Of a stretch of 64,000 bases of DNA, positions 56,273 to 64,000 are shown one piece after another; within the stretch, counting starts at the first letter, position 1; the number at the start of each line of letters is the position of its first letter. Under the pieces are notes generated by a model. The model searched no databases, had not been told where the DNA came from, and saw only the letters and a program-made list of their open reading frames with translations. The translations under genes and the position numbers were made by a program. Source of the DNA: a virus; IMG/VR virus record IMGVR_UViG_3300042383_000546, positions 20,230 through 84,229 of that record; one strand, 5' to 3'.

Positions 56273-56751
56273 TATCTTATTTTATAAAGAGTTGTTCTTT
56301 GGGTAAATTCCCTATAATTAAAATTAATTGTTTTTATTGATTCTCCAAAATCATAATCTATAAGCCATTCTGCTATACCTGATATTAGGATATGCTTACT
56401 GCTGCATTTCATTATCATATCGTAAATAGCTTTGTGGTCATACTGAGGGTAAAGCGTTCCCGTACTGACTACTAGGTCGAATTTCCCTTCAGGTCTAGTT
56501 ACAGCCTTTACTATTTGGGGTAATCTAGACATAGCGTTATCTGATAGGTCAAGACCAAATATTTCTGCTGCAGGTAGCTTTTCAGTTACAAAGCCTTCGC
56601 CACAGCCAATATCTATTGCCCTTTGATATAAAGGTTCGTCTTCTAGAAGTCCTAATATAAAGTCCCTTCTTTTAAAATCTTCAGGGTTTGAGAAATACCC
56701 CCATTGGTCAGGTTTGTCATACCAACGCTCTAAATCTTCTTTTGTCTGCAT
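56272..56751 (-). CDS. Class I SAM-dependent methyltransferase (NodS-like)
   Basis: PDQWGY, AIDIGCGEG, GLDLS, FDLVV. Confidence 0.8.
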   Translation of the reverse strand: MQTKEDLERWYDKPDQWGYFSNPEDFKRRDFILGLLEDEPLYQRAIDIGCGEGFVTEKLPAAEIFGLDLSDNAMSRLPQIVKAVTRPEGKFDLVVSTGTLYPQYDHKAIYDMIMKCSSKHILISGIAEWLIDYDFGESIKTINFNYREFTQRTTLYKIR

Positions 56752-56761
56752 ATAATTAAAA

Positions 56762-56968
56762 TTAATTGTTTTTTGTTAATAAGGTTTTTACTACTTCTTT
56801 CATTTTAGGAGGTATTCTAGTTGTACATTCCCAAAAAGGAAGTCCTAACGTTTTGGCATTCTTTAATTCAAAGTATATGATTTGGGGTATCTGTGATTTA
56901 GAAGAATGGAGCTTTATATTAGCCTCAACAAGCTCATTTATGATTTCTTTTTTTAATTCGGTCTTCAT
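56762..56968 (-). CDS. Hypothetical protein
   Basis: 68 aa. Confidence 0.5.
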   Translation of the reverse strand: MKTELKKEIINELVEANIKLHSSKSQIPQIIYFELKNAKTLGLPFWECTTRIPPKMKEVVKTLLTKNN

Positions 56969-56969
56969 A

Positions 56970-57296
56970 CTAGAATAAAGGTATTTGTTGAAACTTGTCT
57001 TTTTCTAAAACTATTTCCTGAGCTATTTGTCCCCCTTGTTGCTGTCTTTGTTCCCATTCCTCACCCCTTAATTCAGGATTGTGCTCTTGTATCTTTCTCC
57101 ATATCCTAGATATAGTCTGTGGGTTAGTTAGCTTATATGAGAATAGAGCGTCATAGTAATCAGGCTTACTTATTCCCCAAGTCATCATTTCAATGTCATG
57201 GACTTGTTTTACGACTAGCATCCAATTATCCCTTGATTCTTTGTTGTTTGTTAAAATGCTAAAAGTCATTCTAGATATATAACCTTTGTTCTGCAT
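56970..57296 (-). CDS. Hypothetical phage protein
   Basis: SRDN...TISRIWRKIQEHNPELRG. Confidence 0.65.
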   Translation of the reverse strand: MQNKGYISRMTFSILTNNKESRDNWMLVVKQVHDIEMMTWGISKPDYYDALFSYKLTNPQTISRIWRKIQEHNPELRGEEWEQRQQQGGQIAQEIVLEKDKFQQIPLF

Positions 57297-57317
57297 AGTA
57301 ATTAATTTTAATTGTTT

Positions 57318-58565
57318 TTAGAATAATGTTATTTGAGTTTTTAATGGCAGGATTCTCTTTTCCGCTATTTTGCAATATTCCTCACTCATTTCACTTCCTA
57401 TGTATTTTCTATTCCTTCTAAGACAAGCTACTGCTGTGCTGCCCGTTCCCATAAATGGGTCATAAATAATTCCTTTTTCAGGGCAACCTGCTATTATAGG
57501 TTTGTGAATTAGGTCTTGGTTGTAAGAGGCATAGTGCTTATCAGATGTTGGTTTGGTAGGAATATCCCAAAAGTCTGCAACGTCTCCACTATTTTTACCT
57601 TTAGGATTGTTTTCCTTTAGCCCTGATTTTAGACTGATTTCAGTCATTTGGTCATCATACTTATCGTCAAATTGTAAGATTTCTTTGAGGGTAGACCAAT
57701 CTTCTGCCGAAGGGTAACTACCATTCTTTTCAAACCAATGATGAGGGGCTTGAGTTCCGAATACATTTTCTATTTGCTGTATTGTCAAACCAACTTCATT
57801 TCTAGCGTTAGATAAATATTGCCTAAGTTCTTCGTGTGGTGGCAAATCCCTTACCTCTACTACTAAATTTCTAAAATCTTTGTCTAATACAGAGTATTGA
57901 GGTTTTACCCCTTTCGATTGTCTATACCCTACTAAATCTCTTGTAATATCACCTTTGTTACCTGTAAAATCATATTCATATCTTTTTAGGCTTTCGGCTT
58001 TTACTTTATCCCTTATACCATCTAAGTCAAAATAATATTCAGTTGATTTAGTCATAAAGAAAAAATATTCATGCTTTTTACTGAACCTATCAGTTACAGA
58101 CTCAGGCATACCATTTCTTTTAGCCCATATAATGTCATTTCTCATTATCCAACCCCTTTCTATACAACCTATTGCAAATCTGTGAGGAATTAAAAGAAGG
58201 CATTTACTTGGTAATCTTATATCATTCTTGCCATTAGGAGCAGGTTTCAAGCTCTTATTGTATTTTTTGTACGTTTCCCTTTCTTGCTCAATTTTATGAC
58301 CTCCACCTGTACCATTGTAAGAATCCCCTAAATTTATCCAAACTGTACCTGATGGTTTTAACACCCTATATATTTCGTCCATCATTTCCCATAGGTGTTC
58401 TAGGTATTCTTGAAATGTAGGTTCTAAACCCCATTGACCTTCATAGCCATAGTCTCTAAGTTGCCAATATGGAGGGCTAGTAATGACACAATCTAAAAAG
58501 TCATTCGGCATACGCTTCAATGTATGTAAGCATGGCTCTTTATATATCTTATCTAATTCAATCAT
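57318..58565 (-). CDS. Beta-class amino DNA methyltransferase (probably N4-cytosine) with internal HTH-like insert
   Basis: TSPPY near the N-terminus; DPFMGTGS near the C-terminus. Confidence 0.92.
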   Translation of the reverse strand: MIELDKIYKEPCLHTLKRMPNDFLDCVITSPPYWQLRDYGYEGQWGLEPTFQEYLEHLWEMMDEIYRVLKPSGTVWINLGDSYNGTGGGHKIEQERETYKKYNKSLKPAPNGKNDIRLPSKCLLLIPHRFAIGCIERGWIMRNDIIWAKRNGMPESVTDRFSKKHEYFFFMTKSTEYYFDLDGIRDKVKAESLKRYEYDFTGNKGDITRDLVGYRQSKGVKPQYSVLDKDFRNLVVEVRDLPPHEELRQYLSNARNEVGLTIQQIENVFGTQAPHHWFEKNGSYPSAEDWSTLKEILQFDDKYDDQMTEISLKSGLKENNPKGKNSGDVADFWDIPTKPTSDKHYASYNQDLIHKPIIAGCPEKGIIYDPFMGTGSTAVACLRRNRKYIGSEMSEEYCKIAEKRILPLKTQITLF

Positions 58566-58593
58566 GGTTTTTTTTTAATAAAAGTAATTAATT

Positions 58594-60021
58594 TTAATTG
58601 CTTTCTTGGTTTATTATGATATTGTTCATTTGCTCAATAGCCTTAAATATCTGATAAGCTACCTGAGGTACTATTGCGTTTCCCCCTGCTTTGAGTGATT
58701 CTTTTCTCCATTTAGAAAAGGTAATTCCGTCCAATCTTTCGGAAAGCCCATCATTTCCATTACAAAGCGGGTATTGAGTTGGGAAGTCTTCCCACGAGGT
58801 GTTTTGCATACTTCGTGCATTTGGTTTACTAAACTGCTCCCCATTTGCATTTTCGGATTGCCTCTCGTACACCCCCCGTTCTTGTCCGAAGCTGTTGGAG
58901 TTTTCAGCATACCCTTCCATTCTATTGACTCCTGATAGGTCATCTTGTAGTCTAATTCCTTCGGCACTTGATAGTGTTTCTTGATTTCCATCCAATCCTC
59001 TATTGTCGGATAACTGAACCATGTTATGTCCTTTCTGTACCAATGTTCGACTTTCGTTAGCTTTAGATTTGTCTTTTCTGCTAACTCTTTGTGTGTTCCT
59101 ATTGTTACTATCCATTCCAAAAACTCTTTCTGTGTCGGTAGCTTGGTTCGTTTCATAAACTCCTTTGATGCTAGTTCCTCCGCTAGTTCCATATTGTCCC
59201 TCAGTAATTCTATGTGAACCGCATCCGTTAAGGTCTTTTGAATCTGCTGACCTGAACTTCTCATTGTTGCTCCCATTAGCATTTTGGCTGCTCCCGTCAT
59301 GTCTCCGTTCTTGCTGCTGTCCATACAAGTCGGGGTAGGTAGCATTTTCTTTGTCCATCCTGAATTGTGTTCTAAATGCCTTAGACTGTAATCGTTCTCT
59401 CTTACTGTACTCACAAAGTCCGATGCTTGTGGAGTCGGTAGTAGTTTTTGTCTTGCTAGTTTCGTTAAACTCATTTGATTTTCTGTCGGAGAGCCTGACA
59501 TCTTCGTTCCTTCTGAGGCTAATGGCGTTGGCAGCATTGTATGCAACGAACCATATTCTCTCTCTTTTATGCGGGGCATTGACACTTGCAGCAGGAATAA
59601 TAAACGGTTGGACTTCATATCCTTCCCTTTCCAAGTCATCGCACACCTCGTGGAATACCATTCCCCCTCCCCAACTAACAAGTCCACGAACATTCTCGCC
59701 AATAACCCATGTGGGTTGTATTTCTTTAATAGCTCTAAGCATCTCAGGAAAGAGATGTCTTTCATCGGCTTTCCCTTTTCTAAGTCCTGCTGTTGAGTAA
59801 GGTTGGCAGGGGAATCCACCTGTAATGATGTCAATGTTTCCTCTGTGAATAGAGAAGTCTGTTTTGGTAATGTCATTGTAACTAATTGAATTTGGAAAAT
59901 GATGTTTTAATACTTTTTGACCGAAGGGATTCCACTCACAGTGAAATACGTTTTCCCACCCCATCCATTCCGCTGCTAAATCAAATCCCCCGATTCCACT
60001 AAATAAACTACCGTGTCTCAT
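58594..60021 (-). CDS. C5 cytosine DNA methyltransferase, large (alpha) subunit
   Basis: SLFSGIGG (I), GGFPCQ (IV), ENV (VI), RERIW (VIII), GNAIVP (X); start reassigned to MRHG. Confidence 0.92.
   Translation of the reverse strand: MRHGSLFSGIGGFDLAAEWMGWENVFHCEWNPFGQKVLKHHFPNSISYNDITKTDFSIHRGNIDIITGGFPCQPYSTAGLRKGKADERHLFPEMLRAIKEIQPTWVIGENVRGLVSWGGGMVFHEVCDDLEREGYEVQPFIIPAASVNAPHKRERIWFVAYNAANAISLRRNEDVRLSDRKSNEFNETSKTKTTTDSTSIGLCEYSKRERLQSKAFRTQFRMDKENATYPDLYGQQQERRHDGSSQNANGSNNEKFRSADSKDLNGCGSHRITEGQYGTSGGTSIKGVYETNQATDTERVFGMDSNNRNTQRVSRKDKSKANESRTLVQKGHNMVQLSDNRGLDGNQETLSSAEGIRLQDDLSGVNRMEGYAENSNSFGQERGVYERQSENANGEQFSKPNARSMQNTSWEDFPTQYPLCNGNDGLSERLDGITFSKWRKESLKAGGNAIVPQVAYQIFKAIEQMNNIIINQESN
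58671..59876 (-). CDS. Nested alternative-frame C5 methyltransferase subunit (beta-like)
   Basis: 401-aa ORF inside the alpha gene; repeated LPTP units; motif-IX-like QLNTRFVMEMMGFPKDWT. Confidence 0.7.
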   Translation of the reverse strand: MTLPKQTSLFTEETLTSLQVDSPANLTQQQDLEKGKPMKDISFLRCLELLKKYNPHGLLARMFVDLLVGEGEWYSTRCAMTWKGKDMKSNRLLFLLQVSMPRIKEREYGSLHTMLPTPLASEGTKMSGSPTENQMSLTKLARQKLLPTPQASDFVSTVRENDYSLRHLEHNSGWTKKMLPTPTCMDSSKNGDMTGAAKMLMGATMRSSGQQIQKTLTDAVHIELLRDNMELAEELASKEFMKRTKLPTQKEFLEWIVTIGTHKELAEKTNLKLTKVEHWYRKDITWFSYPTIEDWMEIKKHYQVPKELDYKMTYQESIEWKGMLKTPTASDKNGGCTRGNPKMQMGSSLVNQMHEVCKTPRGKTSQLNTRFVMEMMGFPKDWTELPFLNGEKNHSKQGETQ

Positions 60022-60031
60022 ATAATTAATT

Positions 60032-60889
60032 TTAATTGTTTTTGAAATAAGAGACGTGAACTTTTTTAAGTAGCTGTATGATGTCAGTTTCATCGAACTT
60101 CTTACATACGATATACTCCCTAGCATATTTCTTACGTTTCTCTTCAGGGTTTTGGTCTGAGGAGGTTTGCTTAATACCTCTTAAAACGCTTTCCATATTA
60201 CGTTCCTCTTTCTCCTTTCTGATTTTAACGTCCCCATAGTTTAGAGCCTCTTCTATTTCCTCTTTGGTTGGGTTTACCTGACCTGTAGTCTTCATCCATT
60301 TGTATATTGACTCCTGAGTGTCCCAAAATGTATTGTTTTCTTTATAGGACTCATAAATAGATATTAAGTACTCTTTGAAGACCTGACACTTGTATTCAGC
60401 GGTTACTTCTGTTTTAGTATCTAAATCCCGTCTACTTTCAAATCTTTGCTTGTTATAGGCAATTTCATTTACTAGCTGCATCTTTCTAGCTTCATAAGAC
60501 TGCATACACTTGGATATATAGAAGGCAGATATATTCTTTTGGGTTACGAACCCTACATCTATTTTCCCACCTATTGACCAATTCATAGCGGTTTTGATGT
60601 CAGCCAAAGTGAACTTACCAAAGTTGTCATAAATGAATTGACAGATAACCACTAGCTCTGCCTGAGTGGAATCATTGGTTACTCCTAATAAAAGTCTCCA
60701 TTGAGCCATAACTTTTACAAGTTCAGCCATGTCATCGGCATCATAGTTCATTATCTTTTTCTCTGAGAAGGTTCTAGCTACAACTAGCTCATCGTCTGTT
60801 TTTATCCAACTTCCAATTAAAACGTTGGGCTTTTGCAACGCTATCTGAGAGTTTACTGATTGTGTCTTTTGGAGTTCTTGGTTGTTCAT
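60032..60889 (-). CDS. Putative replication-associated protein (helicase-loader-like position)
   Basis: Overlaps and follows the Phg_2220_C-like gene; function inferred from context only. Confidence 0.45.
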   Translation of the reverse strand: MNNQELQKTQSVNSQIALQKPNVLIGSWIKTDDELVVARTFSEKKIMNYDADDMAELVKVMAQWRLLLGVTNDSTQAELVVICQFIYDNFGKFTLADIKTAMNWSIGGKIDVGFVTQKNISAFYISKCMQSYEARKMQLVNEIAYNKQRFESRRDLDTKTEVTAEYKCQVFKEYLISIYESYKENNTFWDTQESIYKWMKTTGQVNPTKEEIEEALNYGDVKIRKEKEERNMESVLRGIKQTSSDQNPEEKRKKYAREYIVCKKFDETDIIQLLKKVHVSYFKNN

Positions 60890-61121
60890 TTAGGTATTTT
60901 GTGAATTTTTGTCCAAATAGGGTTTGTGGTCTTATATACTGTTCGTATTCCGTTCCTTTCCATTGTGCTACTTTAAGTAAGGTTACTTTTTTGAAGTCTT
61001 CTAAAGTGTGCCCTTTCTCAATTAAGGCTTTAATTAGATTTTGAGCTTCAGCGTAGTTAAAGGCATTTTGGGTTTGGGTTTTGAAATAGTCGAGTATCAG
61101 GTTTATATCCTCTATACTCAT
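60789..61121 (-). CDS. Phg_2220_C-like replisome-organiser C-terminal domain protein
   Basis: EDFKKV..K..QW....QYIRPQTLFGQKFTKYLNE. Confidence 0.75.
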   Translation of the reverse strand: MSIEDINLILDYFKTQTQNAFNYAEAQNLIKALIEKGHTLEDFKKVTLLKVAQWKGTEYEQYIRPQTLFGQKFTKYLNEQPRTPKDTISKLSDSVAKAQRFNWKLDKNRR

Positions 61122-61354
61122 AGTATATCAGTTATAGGTACGTCTAATGCGTCAGCAAACTTCTTAGCTGTATCTAGCTTTGCTATAGGTCTAAAACCAC
61201 TACAAATATTAGATAGGTTGGTAAGAGCTATGAAGTAGCCTGTTCTTTCAAATAGGATTTCAGCAAATTCCCTTTGCGTCATTTTCCTCTCCTTTAGGAT
61301 TTGCCCCAACTTACTTCTAGTATAGGGTTTCTGTTTCTTTTGTGTTTGTTCCAT
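61118..61354 (-). CDS. XRE-family HTH regulator
   Basis: LKERKMTQREFA...LSNICSG...KFADALDV; start reassigned to MEQTQ. Confidence 0.8.
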   Translation of the reverse strand: MEQTQKKQKPYTRSKLGQILKERKMTQREFAEILFERTGYFIALTNLSNICSGFRPIAKLDTAKKFADALDVPITDIL

Positions 61355-61409
61355 TAGTAATTTATTTTGATTGCAATTTATTTTAATTATACTAATTTTT
61401 AATTGCTTT

Positions 61410-61706
61410 TTATCCCCAATTAATTTTAGCCTCTCTGAATGTAGTAGTAGTACCTTCAAAAGTCCCTTCTACTATTTCGAAATCTACAACTGTATCGTAA
61501 TCTTCATTAGTAAGCCTTCCTGCATCTTCTCTACAAACGACTATGCTACTTGCAGCTCTATCAAGATTTGTTCTATCTAAAACAAATATTAAGCCATCGT
61601 CTGACGATATTGAACCATTCGCATACTTATGGTCATTTCCATGTGGATAGGTTATAGTCCAATAGGCTGCACCTGTACCTGCCGTTCTTTTTAATATTCC
61701 TTTCAT
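61410..61706 (-). CDS. Hypothetical early protein
   Basis: 98 aa; follows the junction repeat. Confidence 0.6.
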   Translation of the reverse strand: MKGILKRTAGTGAAYWTITYPHGNDHKYANGSISSDDGLIFVLDRTNLDRAASSIVVCREDAGRLTNEDYDTVVDFEIVEGTFEGTTTTFREAKINWG

Positions 61707-61728
61707 GTAATTAATTTTAATTGTTTTT

Positions 61729-61980
61729 TTAGTCTTTAGTTAATTCAGCCATTTTAGCGTTCAGGTGAGTTAATAGGTCTACCATAAAATCGGTTTTGCC
61801 ATGCAGCCTATTTATTTCATACTGCTCAATAATTAAATCAGCAAAGTGCTCAGGGCTATTTGGTATTTCGTCCTTTCTCCTTTCAAGAAGGATAATCTCA
61901 CCTGATATAATATGTTTTTGCTTTTGGCAGAAATTATAGATACTCTCTGCAAAATGATACAGCTTTTCTTTATCGGTCAT
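61729..61980 (-). CDS. Hypothetical early protein
   Basis: 83 aa; flanked by junction repeats. Confidence 0.6.
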   Translation of the reverse strand: MTDKEKLYHFAESIYNFCQKQKHIISGEIILLERRKDEIPNSPEHFADLIIEQYEINRLHGKTDFMVDLLTHLNAKMAELTKD

Positions 61981-61991
61981 AGTAATTAATT

Positions 61992-62414
61992 TTAATTGTT
62001 TTCGTCAAATAAGATTTCACTACCGTTTACTTTGGTCACAGGGTTATTATACTCCAATTTATATTGGAGGAACAAGCTCAACATCTTTTCATACGATTCC
62101 TCATGCTCCTTTTCAGTAAACTTGACATCAACATCCTTTAATTCAGCCCTATCCCAAATAGCAAAAACGTATTGAGTCTTTACTTCCAACCTATTAGTTA
62201 CGGTAGGTTTAATTCTTTTCTCTAACCTTAATTTTTCATAACTATTGATAATAGATATTTCAACAGGCACATATACTTCTTTGTTCTTTTTGTACCATTG
62301 AGTAGCCCAAGTATCATTTTCAAAATGTTCTGAGTCTACATAAGTATCGTCTACTTTAAATGTGTAACGATAATAATTGCTTGAAGTGCTAGATTTTTCT
62401 AATTTGAAGTTCAT
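61992..62414 (-). CDS. Hypothetical early protein
   Basis: 140 aa. Confidence 0.6.
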   Translation of the reverse strand: MNFKLEKSSTSSNYYRYTFKVDDTYVDSEHFENDTWATQWYKKNKEVYVPVEISIINSYEKLRLEKRIKPTVTNRLEVKTQYVFAIWDRAELKDVDVKFTEKEHEESYEKMLSLFLQYKLEYNNPVTKVNGSEILFDENN

Positions 62415-62432
62415 GGTGTTTGTTTTTATGGT

Positions 62433-62660
62433 TTAAAAATATTTAGGGAAATCGGATTTATGACCAATATGGATAAAAGAATCCCGTTGGAACGTATGGG
62501 GTAGCTTTTGGAAGACATCCCCCTTTGAAGTAATAAAGTATTCGCTGCCACCTAGTGTATTAAACACATCTAGGGCATCTTTTGGCATTCCATAGCCGAA
62601 GGTGAAAACGTTGGTTGCTGTACGCTGAAGGTACTTGCGTGTTAAGATTTTAGCTTTCAT
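62433..62660 (-). CDS. Hypothetical early protein
   Basis: 75 aa. Confidence 0.55.
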   Translation of the reverse strand: MKAKILTRKYLQRTATNVFTFGYGMPKDALDVFNTLGGSEYFITSKGDVFQKLPHTFQRDSFIHIGHKSDFPKYF

Positions 62661-62671
62661 GGTCTTATTGG

Positions 62672-62905
62672 TTATTTGGTGATTATTTCAAAAGTGTAGT
62701 TACCGCTTTTATCAGCTCTTGTAAATAGTTGTAATAAACCCTGAGCCTCATTTGTATTTTGGAGCTGTGCATCACTTTCATGACCCCAATGCTCTGACTG
62801 ACCTAAAGCACCCAAGTCTATGTAACCTACAAAGTATCGTACTTGATTTAGATAGTTTTGATTGGAAGATTTGATTCTAGTTCTTTTGATAACGTAGTTT
62901 TTCAT
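62672..62905 (-). CDS. Hypothetical early protein
   Basis: 77 aa; first gene after the non-coding region. Confidence 0.55.
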   Translation of the reverse strand: MKNYVIKRTRIKSSNQNYLNQVRYFVGYIDLGALGQSEHWGHESDAQLQNTNEAQGLLQLFTRADKSGNYTFEIITK

Positions 62906-64000
62906 GGTTTAAATGGTTTTAGAATATAAAAATACTAAATTCTCATTACTAGCAATAACAAATCTGTTAAAATTTTGTTAAAGAATACTAAATGCTATTA
63001 ACAAGTCATCATTTTTAGATAGTGGGAGCTCCAAAAATAATTCCTGTTTTGCTACTTCGCACAGAAACGGCTCAAATTTCCATTCAATTTCCCGACCTAA
63101 CAAAATACCCCACTTGTAGAATAAAACGGAAATTCCCGCCTATAAAGTGGTCAGCAATCACCATTCACCACCCACCGCCACATTCCACAACCCGAAAACC
63201 CCCACAAATCCACTCCTCCACCTATTTGAGCTCATCCCCCCTCACTCCTCAATCTATTGGAGGACTTCTCGATACCCATAACCCACCATAACCCCATAAA
63301 CCCCCATAAAATCCATTTTAAGCCCCATACAGCCCATTTATCCCATAACCCTATACTTTCTATTCCCCTGAGCTATTGACAGGCTCTATACCCCTTAAAA
63401 AAAAGAAATCCCACCATAGACATGGCAGGACTCTTGTGACAACTAAAAAAACTCTAAGTATGAATATGACCAAATCAAAGATACCCATTTTTTCCATACT
63501 AGGCACTAGGCACTAGGCATTAACCCCACTATCTAGGCACTAGGCATTTGACCTACCATAAAACCATATACCCCCAACGTTCCGTAGACTCTAACTATTG
63601 ACAGGCTCTCCTCTGTGTATACCTTTCTTTCCTTCCACCCTCCGAACCTCCCTTCCCTCTCTTTTAACTCAGTCACTCCTTATGCTAGAACTCCACCTCC
63701 CTTTCTTTCTATAGGTATTCTTTTACTTGCATTGTAAACCCTACACTCCCCTGACCTCCTATAACCCATACACCCTAACTAACTACTAGAACTCTATTCC
63801 TGATTACTGACAGGCTCACTAGAGGTTACTCCCTTCCCTTCAATAACACCACCCCTTTATTTCTGACGAAATATCTTATACCTACTATTTTTTTTTACTT
63901 ACCTACTTATTTATCCTATTAATTCCTTTTAACTAGTAATGAGTTTTAATTATAATGAATATTAATTACTAATAACTATTTACTTAATATAATTGTGTAG
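62906..64000. other. Non-coding, strand-skewed region with short repeats (possible origin or terminus)
   Basis: C-rich/G-poor + strand; CTATTGACAGGCTCT at 63373 and 63595, TGACAGGCTC at 63808; ACTAGGC tandem at 63498-63547; ACCCCATAA-like repeats. Confidence 0.6.

Larger units (their letters stand above)
50895..61998 (-). repeat. Dispersed gene-junction repeat (AAAA)CAATTAAAATTAATTA(C)
   Basis: Exact 16-mer TAATTAATTTTAATTG (+) starts at 50895, 51643, 52627, 57299, 58585, 60023, 61708 and 61983; variants at 56315 and 56753. Confidence 0.9.

Noticed and set aside
60022-60126. Extended N-termini given in the ORF track (C5 MTase; likewise ORFs 30265, 33554 and 61118)
   Set aside because: The extensions overlap upstream genes; internal ATGs with A-rich leaders fit better
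50895-61998. Classical integron attC sites or a CRISPR at the junction repeats
   Set aside because: No RYYYAAC/GTTRRRY arms, no integrase in the window, and spacing is gene-sized
63022-63291. 89-aa + strand ORF
   Set aside because: Pro/His/Thr-rich product of the C-skew, with a GTG start and opposite to the local gene direction
1-64000. Eukaryotic giant virus or cellular chromosome origin; stop-codon reassignment; tRNA/rRNA genes
   Set aside because: Peptidoglycan hydrolases and coupled operons indicate a bacterial virus; no housekeeping genes are present; ORFs tile densely in the standard code; no RNA gene was recognisable by eye

Overview
This AT-rich window looks like most of the genome of a large, apparently tailless, membrane-containing dsDNA virus. 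The host is probably Bacteroidota, inferred from A-rich leaders without Shine-Dalgarno sequences and TAnnTTTG-like motifs. I found no terminase, portal, HK97 capsid or tail-tube gene. The window instead has an A32/P9-type FtsK-HerA packaging ATPase, a 232-aa beta-rich capsid candidate and more than 20 small membrane-anchored proteins. Layout: (1) 1-5.6 kb, glycosyltransferases including a TibC/Aah-like heptosyltransferase; (2) 5.6-16.5 kb, a 2813-aa Ser/Gly/Thr- and GGxxN-repeat fibre with an S74 chaperone; (3) 16.5-30.8 kb, virion/membrane module with ATPase, zincin and HNH; (4) 30.8-36.4 kb, lysis and muralytic genes; (5) 36.4-49.4 kb, three giant polyvalent proteins; (6) 49.6-62.9 kb, early/accessory genes joined by a repeated 16-21 bp junction sequence, including two DNA methyltransferases (one with a nested second-frame subunit); (7) a repeat-rich non-coding end. 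The most striking feature is that two of the giant proteins are strings of unrelated 50-190-aa domains separated by a recurring [MFYL]-[AE]-x-G-G motif, which suggests modular effector polyproteins. All family assignments come from motif recognition by eye; no database search was run.
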